Positions 46,916 through 59,918 of a stretch of 64,000 nucleotides of DNA are shown in pieces. The stretch comes from Ranitomeya imitator. Lineage: Eukaryota. The notes under the pieces are model-generated. The model was not told where the DNA came from. It made no database searches and saw only the letters and a list, made by a program, of their open reading frames with translations. The DNA is taken from the NCBI RefSeq assembly GCF_032444005.1, contig NC_091288.1, positions 168,516,001-168,580,000 of the forward strand, in the 5' to 3' direction. The translations under genes and the position numbers were made by a program. Every line of letters begins with the position of its first letter. The stretch's first letter is position 1.

Positions 46916-48901
46916 GTCATCTCTATCTCCTGTAGAGTGTAAGCTCTTATGGTCAGTGGGGTTCTCACTCCTGTAGCGTGTAAGCTTGTATGGTCAGTGG
47001 GGTTCTCTCTCTTGTAGTGTGGAAGGTCTTATGGTCTGTGGGGTCCTCTCTCTCTTCTAGAGTGTAAGCTCTTATGTTCAGTGAGATCCTCTCTCTACTG
47101 TAAAGTGTAAGCTTTTATGGTCAGTGGGGTTCTCGCTCCTGTAGTGTGTAAGCTCTTATGATCAGTGGGGTCCTCTCTCTCCTGTATAGTATAAGCTCTT
47201 ATGGTCATCGGGGTTGTCACTCCTGTAGCTTGTAAGCTCGTATGGTCAGTGGGGTTCTCTCTCTTGTAGCATGGAAGGTCTTATGGTCTGTGGGGTCCTC
47301 TCTCTCTTCTAGAGTGTAAGCTTTTATGGTCAGTGGGGTCCTCTCTCTCCTGTAGAGTGTAAGCTCTTATGGTCAGTGGGATTCTCTCTCTCTCCTGTAG
47401 AGTGTAAGTTCTTGTGGTCAGTGAAGTTCTTTCTCTAGCATGTAAGCGCTTTTCATCAGTGGAATCCTCTCTCTCTCCTATAGAGTGTAAGCTCTTATGG
47501 TCAGCAGGGTCATCTCTATCTCCTGTAGAGTGTAAGCTCTTATGGTCATTGGGGTCCTCTCTCTCTTGTAGAGTGTAAGCTTTTATGGTCAGTGGGGTCC
47601 TCTCTCTCCTGTAGAGTGTAAGCTCTTATGGTCATTGGGGTCCTCTCTCTCCTGTAGAGTGTAAGCTCTTATAGTCAGCGGTGTTCTCACTCCTGTAGCG
47701 TGTAAGCTCGTATGGTCAGTGGGGTTCTCTCTCTTGCAGTGTGGAAGGTCTTATGGTCTGTGGGGTCCTCTCTCTCTTCTAGATTGTAATCTTTTATGTT
47801 CAGCGGGATCCTCTCTCTCCTGTAGAATGAAAGTTCTTATGGTCAGTGAAGTTCTTTCTCTACTATAGCATGCAAGCGCTTATCATCAGCGGAATCTTCT
47901 CTCTCTCCTATAGAGTATAAGCTCTTATGGTCAGCAGGGTCATCTCTATCTCCTGTAGAGTGTAAGATCTTATGGTCAGTGGGGTTCTCTCTCCTGTAAA
48001 GTGTAAGCTCTTATGGTCAGTAGGGTTCTCCCTCCTGTAGCATGTAAGCTCTTATGGTCAGTGGGGTCCTCTCCTGTAGAGTGTAAGCTCGTATAGTCAG
48101 TGGAGTTCTTTCTCTTGTAGCGTGGAAGGTATTATGGTCTGTGGGGTCCTCTCTCTCTTGTAGAGTGAAGCTTTTATGGTCAGTGGGGTCCTCTCTCTCT
48201 TGTAGCGTGGAAGCTCTTATGGTCAGAGGGGTCCTCTCTCTCCTGTAAAGTGTAAGCTCTTATGGTTAGTGGGGTTCTCTCTCTTATAGCATGTAAGCTC
48301 TTATGGTCAGTGGGGTCCTCTCTCTCTCTTGTAAAGTATAAGCTCCTATGGTCAGTGGGGTTCTCTCTCCTTTAAAGTGTAAGCTCTTATGGTCAGTGGG
48401 GTTCTCCCTCCTGTAGCGTGTAAGCTCTTATGGTCAGTGGGGTTCTCTCCCTCCTGCAGAGTCTAAGCTCTTATTGTCAGCAGGGTTCTCACTCCTGTAG
48501 AGTGTAAGCTCTTATGGTCAGTGGGGTTCTCTCTCTTGCAGCGTGGAAGCTCTTACGGTCAGTGGGGTCCTCTCTCTCTTGTATAGTGTTAGCTTTTATG
48601 GTCAGTGGGGTCCTCTCTCTCCTGTAAAGTGTAAGCTCTTATGGTCAGTGGGGTTCTCTCTCTTGTAGCGTGGAAGCTCTTATGGTCAGTGGGGTCATCT
48701 CTCTCTTGTAGAGTGTTAGCTTTTATGGTCAGTGGGGTCCTCTATCTCCTGTAGAGTGTAAGCTCTTATGGTCAGCGGGGTTCTCTCTCCTGTAGAATGT
48801 AAGCTCTTATGGTCAATGGGGTCCTCCCTTTCCTGTAGAGTTTAAGCTCTTATGGCCAGCAATATCCTCCCTCTCCTGTAGAGTGTAACATTTTATGGTC
48901 A
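46916..48901 (+). repeat. ~42-bp minisatellite, roughly 46 copies
   Basis: Unit GGTCAGTGGGGTYCTCTCTCTCCTGTAGAGTGTAAGCTCTTAT. Confidence 0.95.
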
Positions 48902-49931
48902 GAGTACTGCATGGAACTTTCTTTTATAAGCCAGAACAGAAAGTGGTAAAGTATCCACATCTCCCACTCTTTTGGATCCAGTGTCTACAGATGTAGCAAA
49001 TGTTATCATGTCAGAACGCAAAGCACTCCACATTGTATATGCTATTGGCATAACATAGCAGTTCCTTCTACTTAAGCATGTTTCCTGCAATACAAATAGC
49101 ATAGGTTCGACGTGCAGAAGATGAAGGCGGTTACAACTTTTTTGTCTTACATGGTCAGCCATTCATTTGAATAGCCATATTGTAATCCTACGCTAATCTG
49201 CATGGTTTATAGCAACTACCTCAGGCAATTAACCACTTATCAGGGAGATTTCAGAAACCACACTCATGGGAATCAGCTGATTACTGGGCAAGATACATTT
49301 CAGAAACGGATTAAGATCAGAAAAAGCCTTTAATAGGACATGTTGGCAAAATAAAAGTTAGTCATCCGTTTTAGAAATTCTAATGCATGCAATGTTATAT
49401 CTCAATATTGAGGGGGCGACTTTCTGCCTGACAAAGTGTCGTTTCATCCATAATGTTATACAAAATAGAAATTTACTTAGCACCTCCTAAATAAGTAAAA
49501 CAACTATCTAGCCTTGTATCAGGTCATTAAAAAATGAGGCTGCATTCTTTTGAACAACAAAGAAGTGAAACAACAATATAGGAAGCAGAAGACTGAAGTC
49601 ATTGTGTTTTACGGCTCACCACCAAAGCTTGCGTTAAGTTATTTCTACAGTAGTCCTGTAAGGGGACTTAGCCCTAATAAAACCTCTATCAACAGTAAAA
49701 AAACGGTTTAATTGCTTATGCTCATATCAGAATGGTTGCCCTCTCATCCCTTTCTCATGTACGTCTGCTTCCTTGCTGCACACAATATTACACATTTTCC
49801 ATTTTGTGACTCTGTGTCACTCTTACTTCTGCTGTGTGTGCACCTGTTCTTCTCCAGCAGTGTCAGTGGGAATGTACAGTATCGAGGATTCAATTCAAGC
49901 AGCACTCTCTATGGTCCAGCGACCGCTGTCA

Positions 49932-50303
49932 GGCTATGTGCACACGTAGGGATTTCGGGCAGAAATTTTCCTGACAAAAACCTGACATTTCTGCCAGAAA
50001 TCCGCATACGCTTTTTTCGCATTTTTTGTGTGCATTTTTGATGCATTTTTTGTGCGTTTATGATGCGTTTTTCCTTGCGTTTTATCCAAATGCATAGAAT
50101 AGCGGGAAAAACGCGAAAAAAATGCAAAATTAATGAGCATGCTGCTTTTTTTACCGCGATGCGTTTTTTTCGTGGAAAAAAACGCATCATGTGCACAAAA
50201 ATTGCAGAATGCATTCTAAATGATAGGATACATATGTCTGCAGTTTCTAATGCAGTTTTATCGCAAAAAAATGTGAAAAAAACCTGAACGTGTGCACATA
50301 CCC
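49932..50303. mobile_element. PIF/Harbinger-type MITE
   Basis: TIR GGCTATGTGCACACG / CGTGTGCACATACCC; flanks TCA and TTA. Confidence 0.8.
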
Positions 50304-51619
50304 TTAATCTTTGGACCTTTCTCATTGGCATGTGCAATACAACTGTTTCTGCTCAGTTAAAAAAGGAAATCTACACTGCAAGTAGGAGTTTAATAGGGTT
50401 TTTATGATTCTATAAGTATTTGAGATAGAGTTTTAATAGCCACAGACACCCTTTGATAATTAAAGAGGTTTCTCCAAGAACAAAAGTTAATTTTAATTAA
50501 AAGATCTTTGAATAATAATAATTTCCACAATTGGTTGTGATTAAATAAAATTTTCCTGTGTTGAGATAATGTTATAAATGTGCCCCTGTTGTGTACTGTG
50601 TAATAGTCATGTCTGACCATACATCATACCACAGCTCCTGGGCAGGGAGGAAGCAAAAGAGTATACAGATACTACAACATGGGATCACAGCTGAATCTTT
50701 TTGTGAGGTAAAACATCTCCCTGCCTCTTTTAAAAGAATGTTTTGCTTCAAAGAAAGAACCAGCTGTGATCCCCTGTTGTAATGTCTGTATACTCTCTTT
50801 TGCTTCCTCTCCTGCACTGACTGACAGCCGGCTCTATGCTGATACACTGTAGAGACGGCTTTTAGTCAGCGATGGGGGAGCGGTTACAGACACCTCACAG
50901 TATGCACTGAATGGTGACTGAAGCCACGCCTCTGACTGAAAGCTAGAGGCTGCCTGGTGGAGGAGTAAAGTTAATTTCCTACTGGTAGCCGGACCTTCAA
51001 TGTGGTGGCCCTACGGCTATTGAACACTATTAACCTATAGATTAACTCCATATCTGCAGGTTAATAGCATATGGGAACATGACAGGTTCCCATTGTGCAA
51101 TTTAATTTCCTACTGTTGTCCTACAATTACTGCTTACTTGTGCTATGCTCCACATCTTTTTTTCTTTAATGTGTCAACTTTATCTTTATCATACCATGAA
51201 TAATATATTTAGGTCACGGTTAAAAATAATAAAAAAAACCCTTAGGTGTATTCCAAGTTATTATTATTTTTACTAGCTGTGCACAAAAACACTGCTTTAT
51301 TTTCTGCTAATTGAAGCCCCCCTGCTGTGTCATAATCATTTAATCATTAAATGCAGCTATGGTAAAGTCTGTCTAACAATTTCAATTAGGAATATTATGA
51401 TTTTGGAAGTAAAAATGGAGGTGACTTTTGAATTATCGTACATATGCAAAATTTCCATTTGTTTTATTGCAGTGTATCAGAATATCAACTGCTGGATGGA
51501 GCACAGAGCCGGCTTACATCTCATATCAGGCGACAAAATTGATGATTTTAAGATTTAATTAAAGCTAATTACAGTATTTAATCTGTGTTAATGTTTTCAC
51601 ACTTTCCCCTTTCTTACAA

Positions 51620-52200
51620 GTCCACTGCCTTGGTCTAAGGTTTGACTATGACCTATCGAAAGGAGCATATCTTAGATATTACCATTTCCTGCCACCTCTA
51701 ACTCAAAACATTTCCCAAATTTGCTCTTTCCTAAATTTAAACTAGTGTTGTCCCTCATCATATCCCACCTAGATTATTGCAACATCCTTCTTTAAGTCTG
51801 AGATATATTACCTCTTCACTTGTTACTCCTTTGGCTGTCCCCTCTGGATATTCCATCCTGGCTACCTATAGCCAGAGAATTAGGTTTAAAAAACTAATAA
51901 TGAGCTGCCAACATCCTCTCCTTACCATACTTCTTTGAAATAATCTCCCAATATCTCCACACACGTGATCGGGGGCGCTCATAAGATCTTCTTTGGTTTC
52001 CTGTTGTCTGCTCCTCAAACAACTGTCTCCGAGACTTCTCCAATGTAGATCCCATATTCTAGAATGTCAGATTTGCTTCCATCTTTAAAACCTTCAAAAT
52101 TAACTTAAAACCCACACCTACAGAAAAGCTTTCAGCCCTACACTAATCCTGCGGCCACCACATTGCCTTTCAAACAGCTTCAATCTTCACCCATGGCCTC
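51620..52200 (+). mobile_element. Degenerate L2 LINE 3' fragment
   Basis: CTCATCATATCCCACCTAGATTATTGCAACATCCTT translates as LIISHLDYCNIL; colinear with 22254-22730. Confidence 0.6.
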
Positions 52201-53879
52201 CTTCTTGTTGTTTGTAGATTCTCACGGTCAAGGTGCGCAACTCCGCGGCATCAGTCAGTTACAGAATACATTTAGAAGTTAATTATATGTGTTCTTGATT
52301 TATTTTATATACAGTACTTATCTCATTAATTATATCATACTTATATAAACCATTTTTATATTCCATACACCATGACTATTGGTAAAATAATAGTACTATG
52401 TCCAAAACTATAACTTTATTATTATCCTTTATTTAGAAAGCAAAACAAACAAGGTTTAGTGGATAAGGGCAAGGCTGGAGGTTATGAGAATTGGCTAATT
52501 AGGATTGAAATGAAGGTTGACAGGTAATGGTAAAGATGTGGATTCCAAGGGATTGTTTCAACAGTTTAAATGTGTCTAATACAAAGAGTTGTCTGGTTTA
52601 GAAAAAAGGGTTTTAAAGAAGGAAAGAACTTAAAGCTCTCCATAGTGAGTTAAAAGAGAGCTCTGATACAGGTATTAAAATTGTAATGTTACCTGAATTT
52701 CTATTAAATTCTGCAAACATAGTTTCTGCAAGGAATTGATTTAGGTAGTGCATTTTGAAATTATATAACATTTGATTATACAAAGAATATTTATTTGCTG
52801 AAATATGCCATTTCTTTCTAAAATAATAAATACTTAAATTAATGCAGAAATGTACTGGGTATGAGGAGCATTGCAATAAAAATACCTATTATATATGGTA
52901 ACCTTGAAAAAACACATACACAATACAGCAAGTATCGTGCCATATGTAGAAAAGCAACTATGCCAAAGTATTGACTTCAGTTTTCTGCACATTCAACACA
53001 GCACTAAAGAGTAACTAATAGAGATGATTCAATATTTTGAAATTCAAATGTTCCAGCTTCATTACATTTTTCCCAAAAATGTGATTAGTAATGAATCAAT
53101 TTACCATGAATCACAAGTATTGCAAAGCCTTCAGTTGGCTTGAAAATAAGTGTAGCAGTCTGAGGCCTAGTAGGACTATGTCAAACCTCTGTTGAGCTTT
53201 TCAATGCAAACACAGCCTTAGAAATTCAAATTAACTTCAACATATCTGGCTATGGGTAATCGTATGCAACTGACAGCAACCAAAAGTCCGATTAACAAAT
53301 TTTTAGGTTTTTTATATGGTAAGAAATTTTAAAAAATATCACTTTTTGGAAGAAGGGTGATGCCTGCCTTGCTGGAGTTTATACAAAGGTAGTGAAAACG
53401 AAGTCCCTCTTGAAAAAGCAATGGAAGCAATTCATGTTTGGGAAGTAGAAAAAAAGATTTGCTATTTGCCAAACACGTTGCTTTTTAAAAGTGAAGAGAC
53501 AACGGCATTTTAAAAAGTAGGAAAATAATAATCCCAGTTGTGGGAGATGTTTCAAGATTGTTTGCTCTATATACAGAAGAGTAAAAAGCAGCAGTAATTT
53601 ACATTTATAGCACACAATAGACAAGCAGGAGATGTGCATGGTCAAGTATTGGCAGTAGAAGGAAGTTCATAGTGTAGAATATGATTGGGTTGCAATAACG
53701 TGTCAGGCAGTGTAGGGCTGGCACTGGCAACCCCAGCAGTGGCAGTACAGTATAGCTATAAACACAGTAGACAAGCAGGGGATATGAGGCTGAATCAGCT
53801 GTTTATTGGCAGAGGCAGCGACAGCAGCAGAAGCCACAGAGTCAAAAATAGAATGAGGCAGGAAAGGAGATTTTCAGCT

Positions 53880-55900
53880 GAATGTGACCAGCAATAGCAG
53901 TGTAGAACATAATGGCCTGGCAGGCAAATACTGCAGCCAGCCTAATCATGGGTATCAATGTCCCCTTCAACATCCACCTGGCGCTTCTCCTCCTTCTCCC
54001 CTTCTTCACATCCTGCTGCATGTAACATTGACCTTGCGGGTCACCAATAGCCCAATGGCAGCAATAAAAATAAGGAATGTTATGATTTTCCTTTATCCCT
54101 TGTTGCATCCTTGTGGGCATCTTTTTCAAGTTATATATGAGGTGGATGACATTGTTCATGCCACAGTTCTCGCTACTGACACATTTAATTGCCCATTTGA
54201 AGGGTTTTAGTAGGCAACATGCATCCCTTGTAAGCTGAGATGGTGGATTTAAAAGTAACCAAAGCTCCAATTTGCCTGCTGCATGATATTATCCATCACT
54301 GCATTACATGGCTTATACAGATGCTCCAACATATACTGCATTGAATTCCAGCACGCTGCAACATATGGAATCAGTGGTGCTCAGAAGACCATTCTATTAT
54401 TGTAAAGTCTAGAGGACATGATTTGCCATATAAGAATGGTGGATAAGACATTACATTATTTGTCATAGCCACCACCTTCTTCAACCAAGGTCTTTCTTTA
54501 TGAAAGTTTGCACAAATAAGTTCAGGGCATGCACTGTGCTTGGGGTACTTTGCCTAAACATAAGGGGGCCACAATGATCCAGGCACTGCGACTTACAACA
54601 ATGCCCACTTTTAGAAATGTGCTGCTTTATGTACAGCAACAATTAGATCACTGTATGGCTTTTGTCTCCTATGCTCTGAAGCTGTAAAACTGCTTGGCAG
54701 TTCTTTATCTTGCATGAACAAATAAAAGAGCAGTAGAACCAATGCTGTCTGGTGTTGCTTTTGGGGAGGGAATCATGCTTGCTGAGGAGGATTCAGAAGA
54801 GTAATAGGGTAAGACAGATAACCCCCACCTAGTTTTGGATCTAGAAGTAGCTTTCAGTCATGGAGGCTGACATACTGGTTGTGATGTGCATTGCTCCCAC
54901 TCAAAATCTTCAGCCAGTAGGCTGTGAAAGACATGTATTGTCTACATCCATAGTTGCTGCTCCAGGTGTCTACAGTGCAGTGTAATTTGGAGCTCAAAGA
55001 CAAGGCAAGACAGCAGTTCAGCCAAGTCAAGAGAGCAGTATTTCAGGTTAGCATTGATAGTGGTGAGGATACCAACTAGATACTGTTTGAGGATGGGGCC
55101 TGGCTGCCAGAAACCAGAAAACTCGAAACTTGCCCAGATTGCAGGTCATCTTGCTTTTCCTAAATATGCAAGTGATGTAACATCATGGGTTGGTGGAGAG
55201 GCTGTAGTTCATAGTCTAAACATTTATGACCATGGATTATTTGTCTCCTGCAGAGCCTACAGATTGTCAAGGATTTGTCTGTCTAAAACACATGAATGAA
55301 CTCCCACAGAACAGATAACTGTATGTAGGGGTCGCTACCACTACAAATAGGAATTTCTGGTGCTATTGAGCCTCTTCCAACAACAACATAGGCAACATTA
55401 ACAAATATTGAGAAGAAGCAGATTTTGTCTCAGAGGAAAATTTAGTCTCATGTACCCTCAGCTCTGTATTGGCAAAGCCAATACCCTTCTATTCTTATAA
55501 CATCACCTCCTCTGCACATCAATCTGCTTCCCAGATTTTGTCCCCCGCACAATCATCCTCATCAAGATTCATTGTCATCATCCCGGACTTGGCAAATAGT
55601 TGATTCAGCTGACAAAAAGGGATAAACATGACAAAAAATCTAGTACAACATTAGCTCTCCCACAGCATAGGTGTGGTGTGTACCCGTCTCACATTTGACA
55701 ACTTACTTAGGTGTGCTAACACAGACTTGCACAGTTGAATGTGTTGATTTAGCATAATCTTTTTTCTATATTTTTTTTCCAAAATTAAATCCACATGCAC
55801 ATTAAGAATATAAAAAATGCCAGATAAGTACATGCACAGAATGCAAAATTTGGCAATAGTCTGTAGTATTGTTATGGAGTCTATCATTGACAAATAGGGC
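53880..55900 (-). pseudogene. Decayed hAT transposase
   Basis: Minus strand HALNLFVQTFIK (54496-54531; C..H.LNL.V motif) and PYVAACWNSMQYMLEHL (~54320-54370; TRWNS..ML motif); many stops; boundaries approximate. Confidence 0.7.
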
Positions 55901-56107
55901 TAGTTAAACATTATAAATGTGTGTATCATAATTGTATTTTTTTTCTACTATTTTTTAAACAATGTTCTCCCCCATTAACAAAAAAGGCTACAACCAAAAT
56001 GCAACATTGGTAGGTAGGTACACACCCAGAAAGCAAAAAACAACCTGCAGTATTTTTGTAGGGTGTACAGTTGTTGAATTGTACTAGTAAGACCGACATG
56101 AAAAAAA

Positions 56108-56377
56108 AAATAAGTCCAAGTAGAGAAAAACAAAAAGTGCACTCACCGGTCTATTTTGCAAAAGTCCTTTATTCAGAACATGTACTGGCACACTGGGGAG
56201 AATGTGGACAAAAGACGACGGCCGTTTCGCGCTGCTGCGCTTCTACGGGTCTCATTGAGACGGCCGTCGTCTTTTGTCCACGTTCTCCCCAGTGTGCCCG
56301 CACATGTTCTAAATAAAGGACTTTTGCAAAATAGACCAATGAGTGCACTTTATGTTTTTCTCTACTTGGACTTATTT
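56108..56377. mobile_element. Fold-back palindrome of a PLE terminus (hammerhead + AATAAA + GGTGAGTGC)
   Basis: Symmetric about 56255 with ~7 mismatches over ~116 bp; the right arm lacks 25 nt. Confidence 0.8.
56213..56253 (-). ncRNA. Hammerhead-like motif with non-canonical CCGUAGA core
   Basis: AGAC-CCGUAGA-A-GCGC-AGCA-GCGC-GAAAC-GGCC-GUC-GUCU. Confidence 0.6.
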
Positions 56378-57363
56378 GAATTCACTTTTTCAGTGCATCC
56401 AGTGTCTAGTAGGCATATACGGCACAGCAGCAGCATTTAGTTACTGTCTTTTTGGAGGTGGTTCACCATGCTGGCATAACGGTGCCACGTTTATTCTACT
56501 TGTTGATGAAAAAAAATGCAGCACTCTTATATTGTTGCATTTTTCCACTACTGCCTAAACATTTTGCACCTTACTGTTATTACAAAGATTCATAACTTTA
56601 CAAAGGCAAATCAATAATTAATTTAAAAAAAGTATAGATGCTAGAGATGAGCAAATCAATTAGATGTGAATCGTCTTCATGTCAAATTTCATGAAATTTG
56701 CATGCCTTGAATTTGCAATTCGACCTGCGAGTCACCCAAACAATGCACAGCTCCTTTATACAGATTTCTGAAGATTGCATCAGCCAGAGATGGCTTATAT
56801 GATCTTAGATGCGGCCAAGCACACTTCCCTTGAATGCATTGCTGTTATCTCATCACTTGGTATAGCTCAGCCAGTGACGAGCCATTTTAAAAAAGCAGAA
56901 GTAGGGAAAAAAACAGCCATATTATGGTTTTATAGCCTAGAGAGAGGACCTCAGAGCACCGAGCTCAGCATGAGAGAAAGTGAGAGAAAGGTCTTAACTT
57001 TGGACGACCACTGCAGACAGAGTATGGTGCACTGAAGATGAAAAATGTGAGTGGTAATCTGTAAATATTCGTTCCATACATAGTTAAAACTTTTGCATTG
57101 TACTATACCCCATTACTTTATTTTGCTTCCTTGTATCGTCAACACCATGCTGAAAGTACTGGCTTACCTTCAAAAATTGGTGAAAAGCCAGCTTACCGTA
57201 ACTACTTGTTTTGATCCGCAGCATGGAGCAAACATCCCTGCCAAAGATGCTAATAATCCGGTAAAAGTCAGGCTGCAACTTTACTCATGATGTGCTACTA
57301 AAGGATTAAAGTGCACTTAAAAGTTGTTTAGTCTAGAATAACAAGTCTGCAAAGACTCTGTAT

Positions 57364-58322
57364 TAGGGTTGAGCGACTTTTACTTTTATAGGATCGGGTT
57401 GGGTTTCACGAAACCCGACTTTTTCAAAAGTCGGGTCGAGTGAAATCGGCCGATCCTATAAAAAAGTCGGGGTCGGGGTCGGCCGAAACTCGAAACCCAA
57501 TGCAGTGCATTGGGTTTCCAATGGTTCCCAGGGTCTGAAGGAGAGGAAACCCTCCTTCAGGCCCTGCAATCCATATTTAAGTGTAAAATAAAGAATTAAA
57601 ATAAAAAATATTGCTATACTCACCCTCGGACACGCCCTGGTACTAACCGGGAACCTTCCTTCCTTCGAATCAGCGCTTGCAGGACCTTGCGGTGACGTCA
57701 CGGCTTGTGATTGGTCGCGCGACCGCCCATGTGACCGCTCGCACGACCAATCACAAGCCGCGACATCACCGCAAGGTCCTGCAAGCGCTGATTCTTAGGA
57801 AGGAAGGCTGCCGGAAATAAGCAGGGCGCGTCCGAGGGTGAGTATATTAATAGGAATATACTCACCCTCGGACGCGCTCTGCTTCTTTCCGGCAGCCTTC
57901 CTTCCTAAGAATCAGCGCATGCAGGACCTTGCGGTGACGTCGCGGCTTGTGATTGGTCGCGCGAGCGGTCACATGGGCGGTCGCGTGACCAACCACAAGC
58001 CGCGACGTCACCGCAAGGTCCTGCAAGCGCTGATTCGAAGGAAGGAAGGTTCCCGGTTAGTACCAGGGCACGTCCGAGGGTGAGTATAGCAATATTTTTT
58101 ATTTTAATTCATTATTTTACACTTAAATATGGATTCCGATACATACCGATTTCCGATATTGCAAACATATCGGAACTCGGGATCAGAATTCCGATACCAG
58201 ATTCAGAAGATCGCCGACCTCATGGCCGACCCCACACAGGGGTCGGGTCGGGTTTCATGAAACCCGACTTTGCCAAAAGTCGGCGACTTCTGAAAATGGC
58301 CGACCCGTTTCGCTCAACCCTA
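57364..58322. mobile_element. Complete hAT-type MITE, largely palindromic, with 8-bp TSD CTCTGTAT
   Basis: TIR TAGGGTTGAGCGA; TSD at 57356-63 and 58323-30; internal IR ~57575-57800 / ~57890-58125. Confidence 0.92.
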
Positions 58323-59572
58323 CTCTGTATGACTGCAGAGTGGTGAATCCTTCCGGTGCACACACTGTGCACTACGAGGATTCACCAGTGTCTGCGACGT
58401 GAATGGCGGTCATGTATGTGATATGCATACTTCTGGCCATAACCCCTATAGTGGGTGCTGACTCACTCAGACTTGTCATTCTAGACTAGACAACCCCATT
58501 AAATAGCTTTCTGCTCTGGTGGACACTCTCGCTAGTTAATTCCCATAGATTAAAATCTGGTTTATCTGCCTAGTTCATGCTTACTTGGTTATTTCATTAG
58601 TTTCTCTACTCCCTTCCTCATGCTCTGAAACTCTTTGCACTCTTCCTGTCTGAACATGGAGGAAGGAGAGCTCCCTCAGGAGTACGAATATATTCTAGAC
58701 TTGCAGTTCAAATCATCTACTAAGACAGCATGAACTAAGCAAGTATGCCAGCACTTTCAGCATGGTATTAAGTGTAGAAGTTTGCAAAATTAGATAAGGG
58801 AGAATATTACAAAGATTCATAACTTTGTAAAGTATGATCAATAATTACATTTTATAAAAAGGTTTAGCTACACTTTAAAGCGACTCTGTCACCTGATTTC
58901 ACATTATACCGCATACATTATAAACTAGATCTTTTAAACATGATGAGGTTGTTGTACTTACTTTGAAAATCAATGTCACCATGACGGGATAATCTTTTTT
59001 GAAAGTTTTCTTGTCTGATATTAAAAAAAGCATGAACTTATAAAATGTTCAGGGGATAACACATTTTCAAAAAGGATTATACTGCCGTTCTCACATGAAT
59101 TTTTAAAGTAAGTAGATAGTAAGTCTCGTCAGGTCTACGAGATCTTTCTCTTAAAGTATGTAGTTCATTCTGTGAAATATGACATGTTTTTAAAAAGTTA
59201 GAGTCGGAGACGAACAAATATTCTAGATACAATGTGTTTTTATTCATATTACTGTATTTATTATATTGTATATTTGTTGAGAAAAGCATAGAGCATTTAG
59301 AGTGATTTAATTGACATGAATGACATGGAACAAGCGTTCATGTAATTTGACATTTTAAAATGTTATGTCTTACTGATGCTACAATAAGGGATATGTAGGT
59401 TGACATATATAGGGATGAGCGGACCAGTGGAAGTTCGGGTTCTGGTACCCGACCGGAACTCTATGCCAAAGTTCGATTTGGGAAAATCTATTTCTTGCTC
59501 TCTCTATCTCTGAAACACCTAACATTGCAATGGAAATCCGGGAGAAGTTCGGTTTTGTTCATCTCTAACTAT

Positions 59573-59574
59573 AC

Positions 59575-59609
<35 letters not shown>
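59573..59609. repeat. (TA)n microsatellite
   Basis: Directly visible. Confidence 0.9.
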
Positions 59610-59613
<4 letters not shown>

Positions 59614-59704
59614 AGAAATTTGAGTGTTTTGTAGCAGCGCTAGTGCAGGTGCATAAGATCAGCTGCAAGTATAATCCCAAACCACATCGGGAGAGTAAGG
59701 CTAC

Positions 59705-59918
59705 AAGAAGATATATAATAAAATATAATACCCGCACTTTGAATTATGCACTAGTAGGATACCAATAAATGCAAAGATGATTGCGAATAATTACCTTTTA
59801 GGTAGTATACAGTGGGCCCACTGTAAACTACCTAAAAGGTAATTATTCGCAATCATCTTTGCATTTATTGGTATCCTACTAGTGCGTATTTCAAAGTGCG
59901 GGTATTATATATCTTCTT
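59705..59918. repeat. Near-perfect zero-spacer palindrome centred at 59816/59817
   Basis: 93-bp arms with 3 mismatches, plus a short outer extension. Confidence 0.92.

Noticed and set aside
46916-48901. Regular ~42-bp periodicity as a possible CRISPR array
   Set aside because: Eukaryotic context, no unique spacers and no cas genes; it is a head-to-tail minisatellite.
59060-59140. Minus-strand CTGACGAG as another hammerhead core
   Set aside because: No stem II or properly placed GAAA; it lies inside a T2-type MITE.
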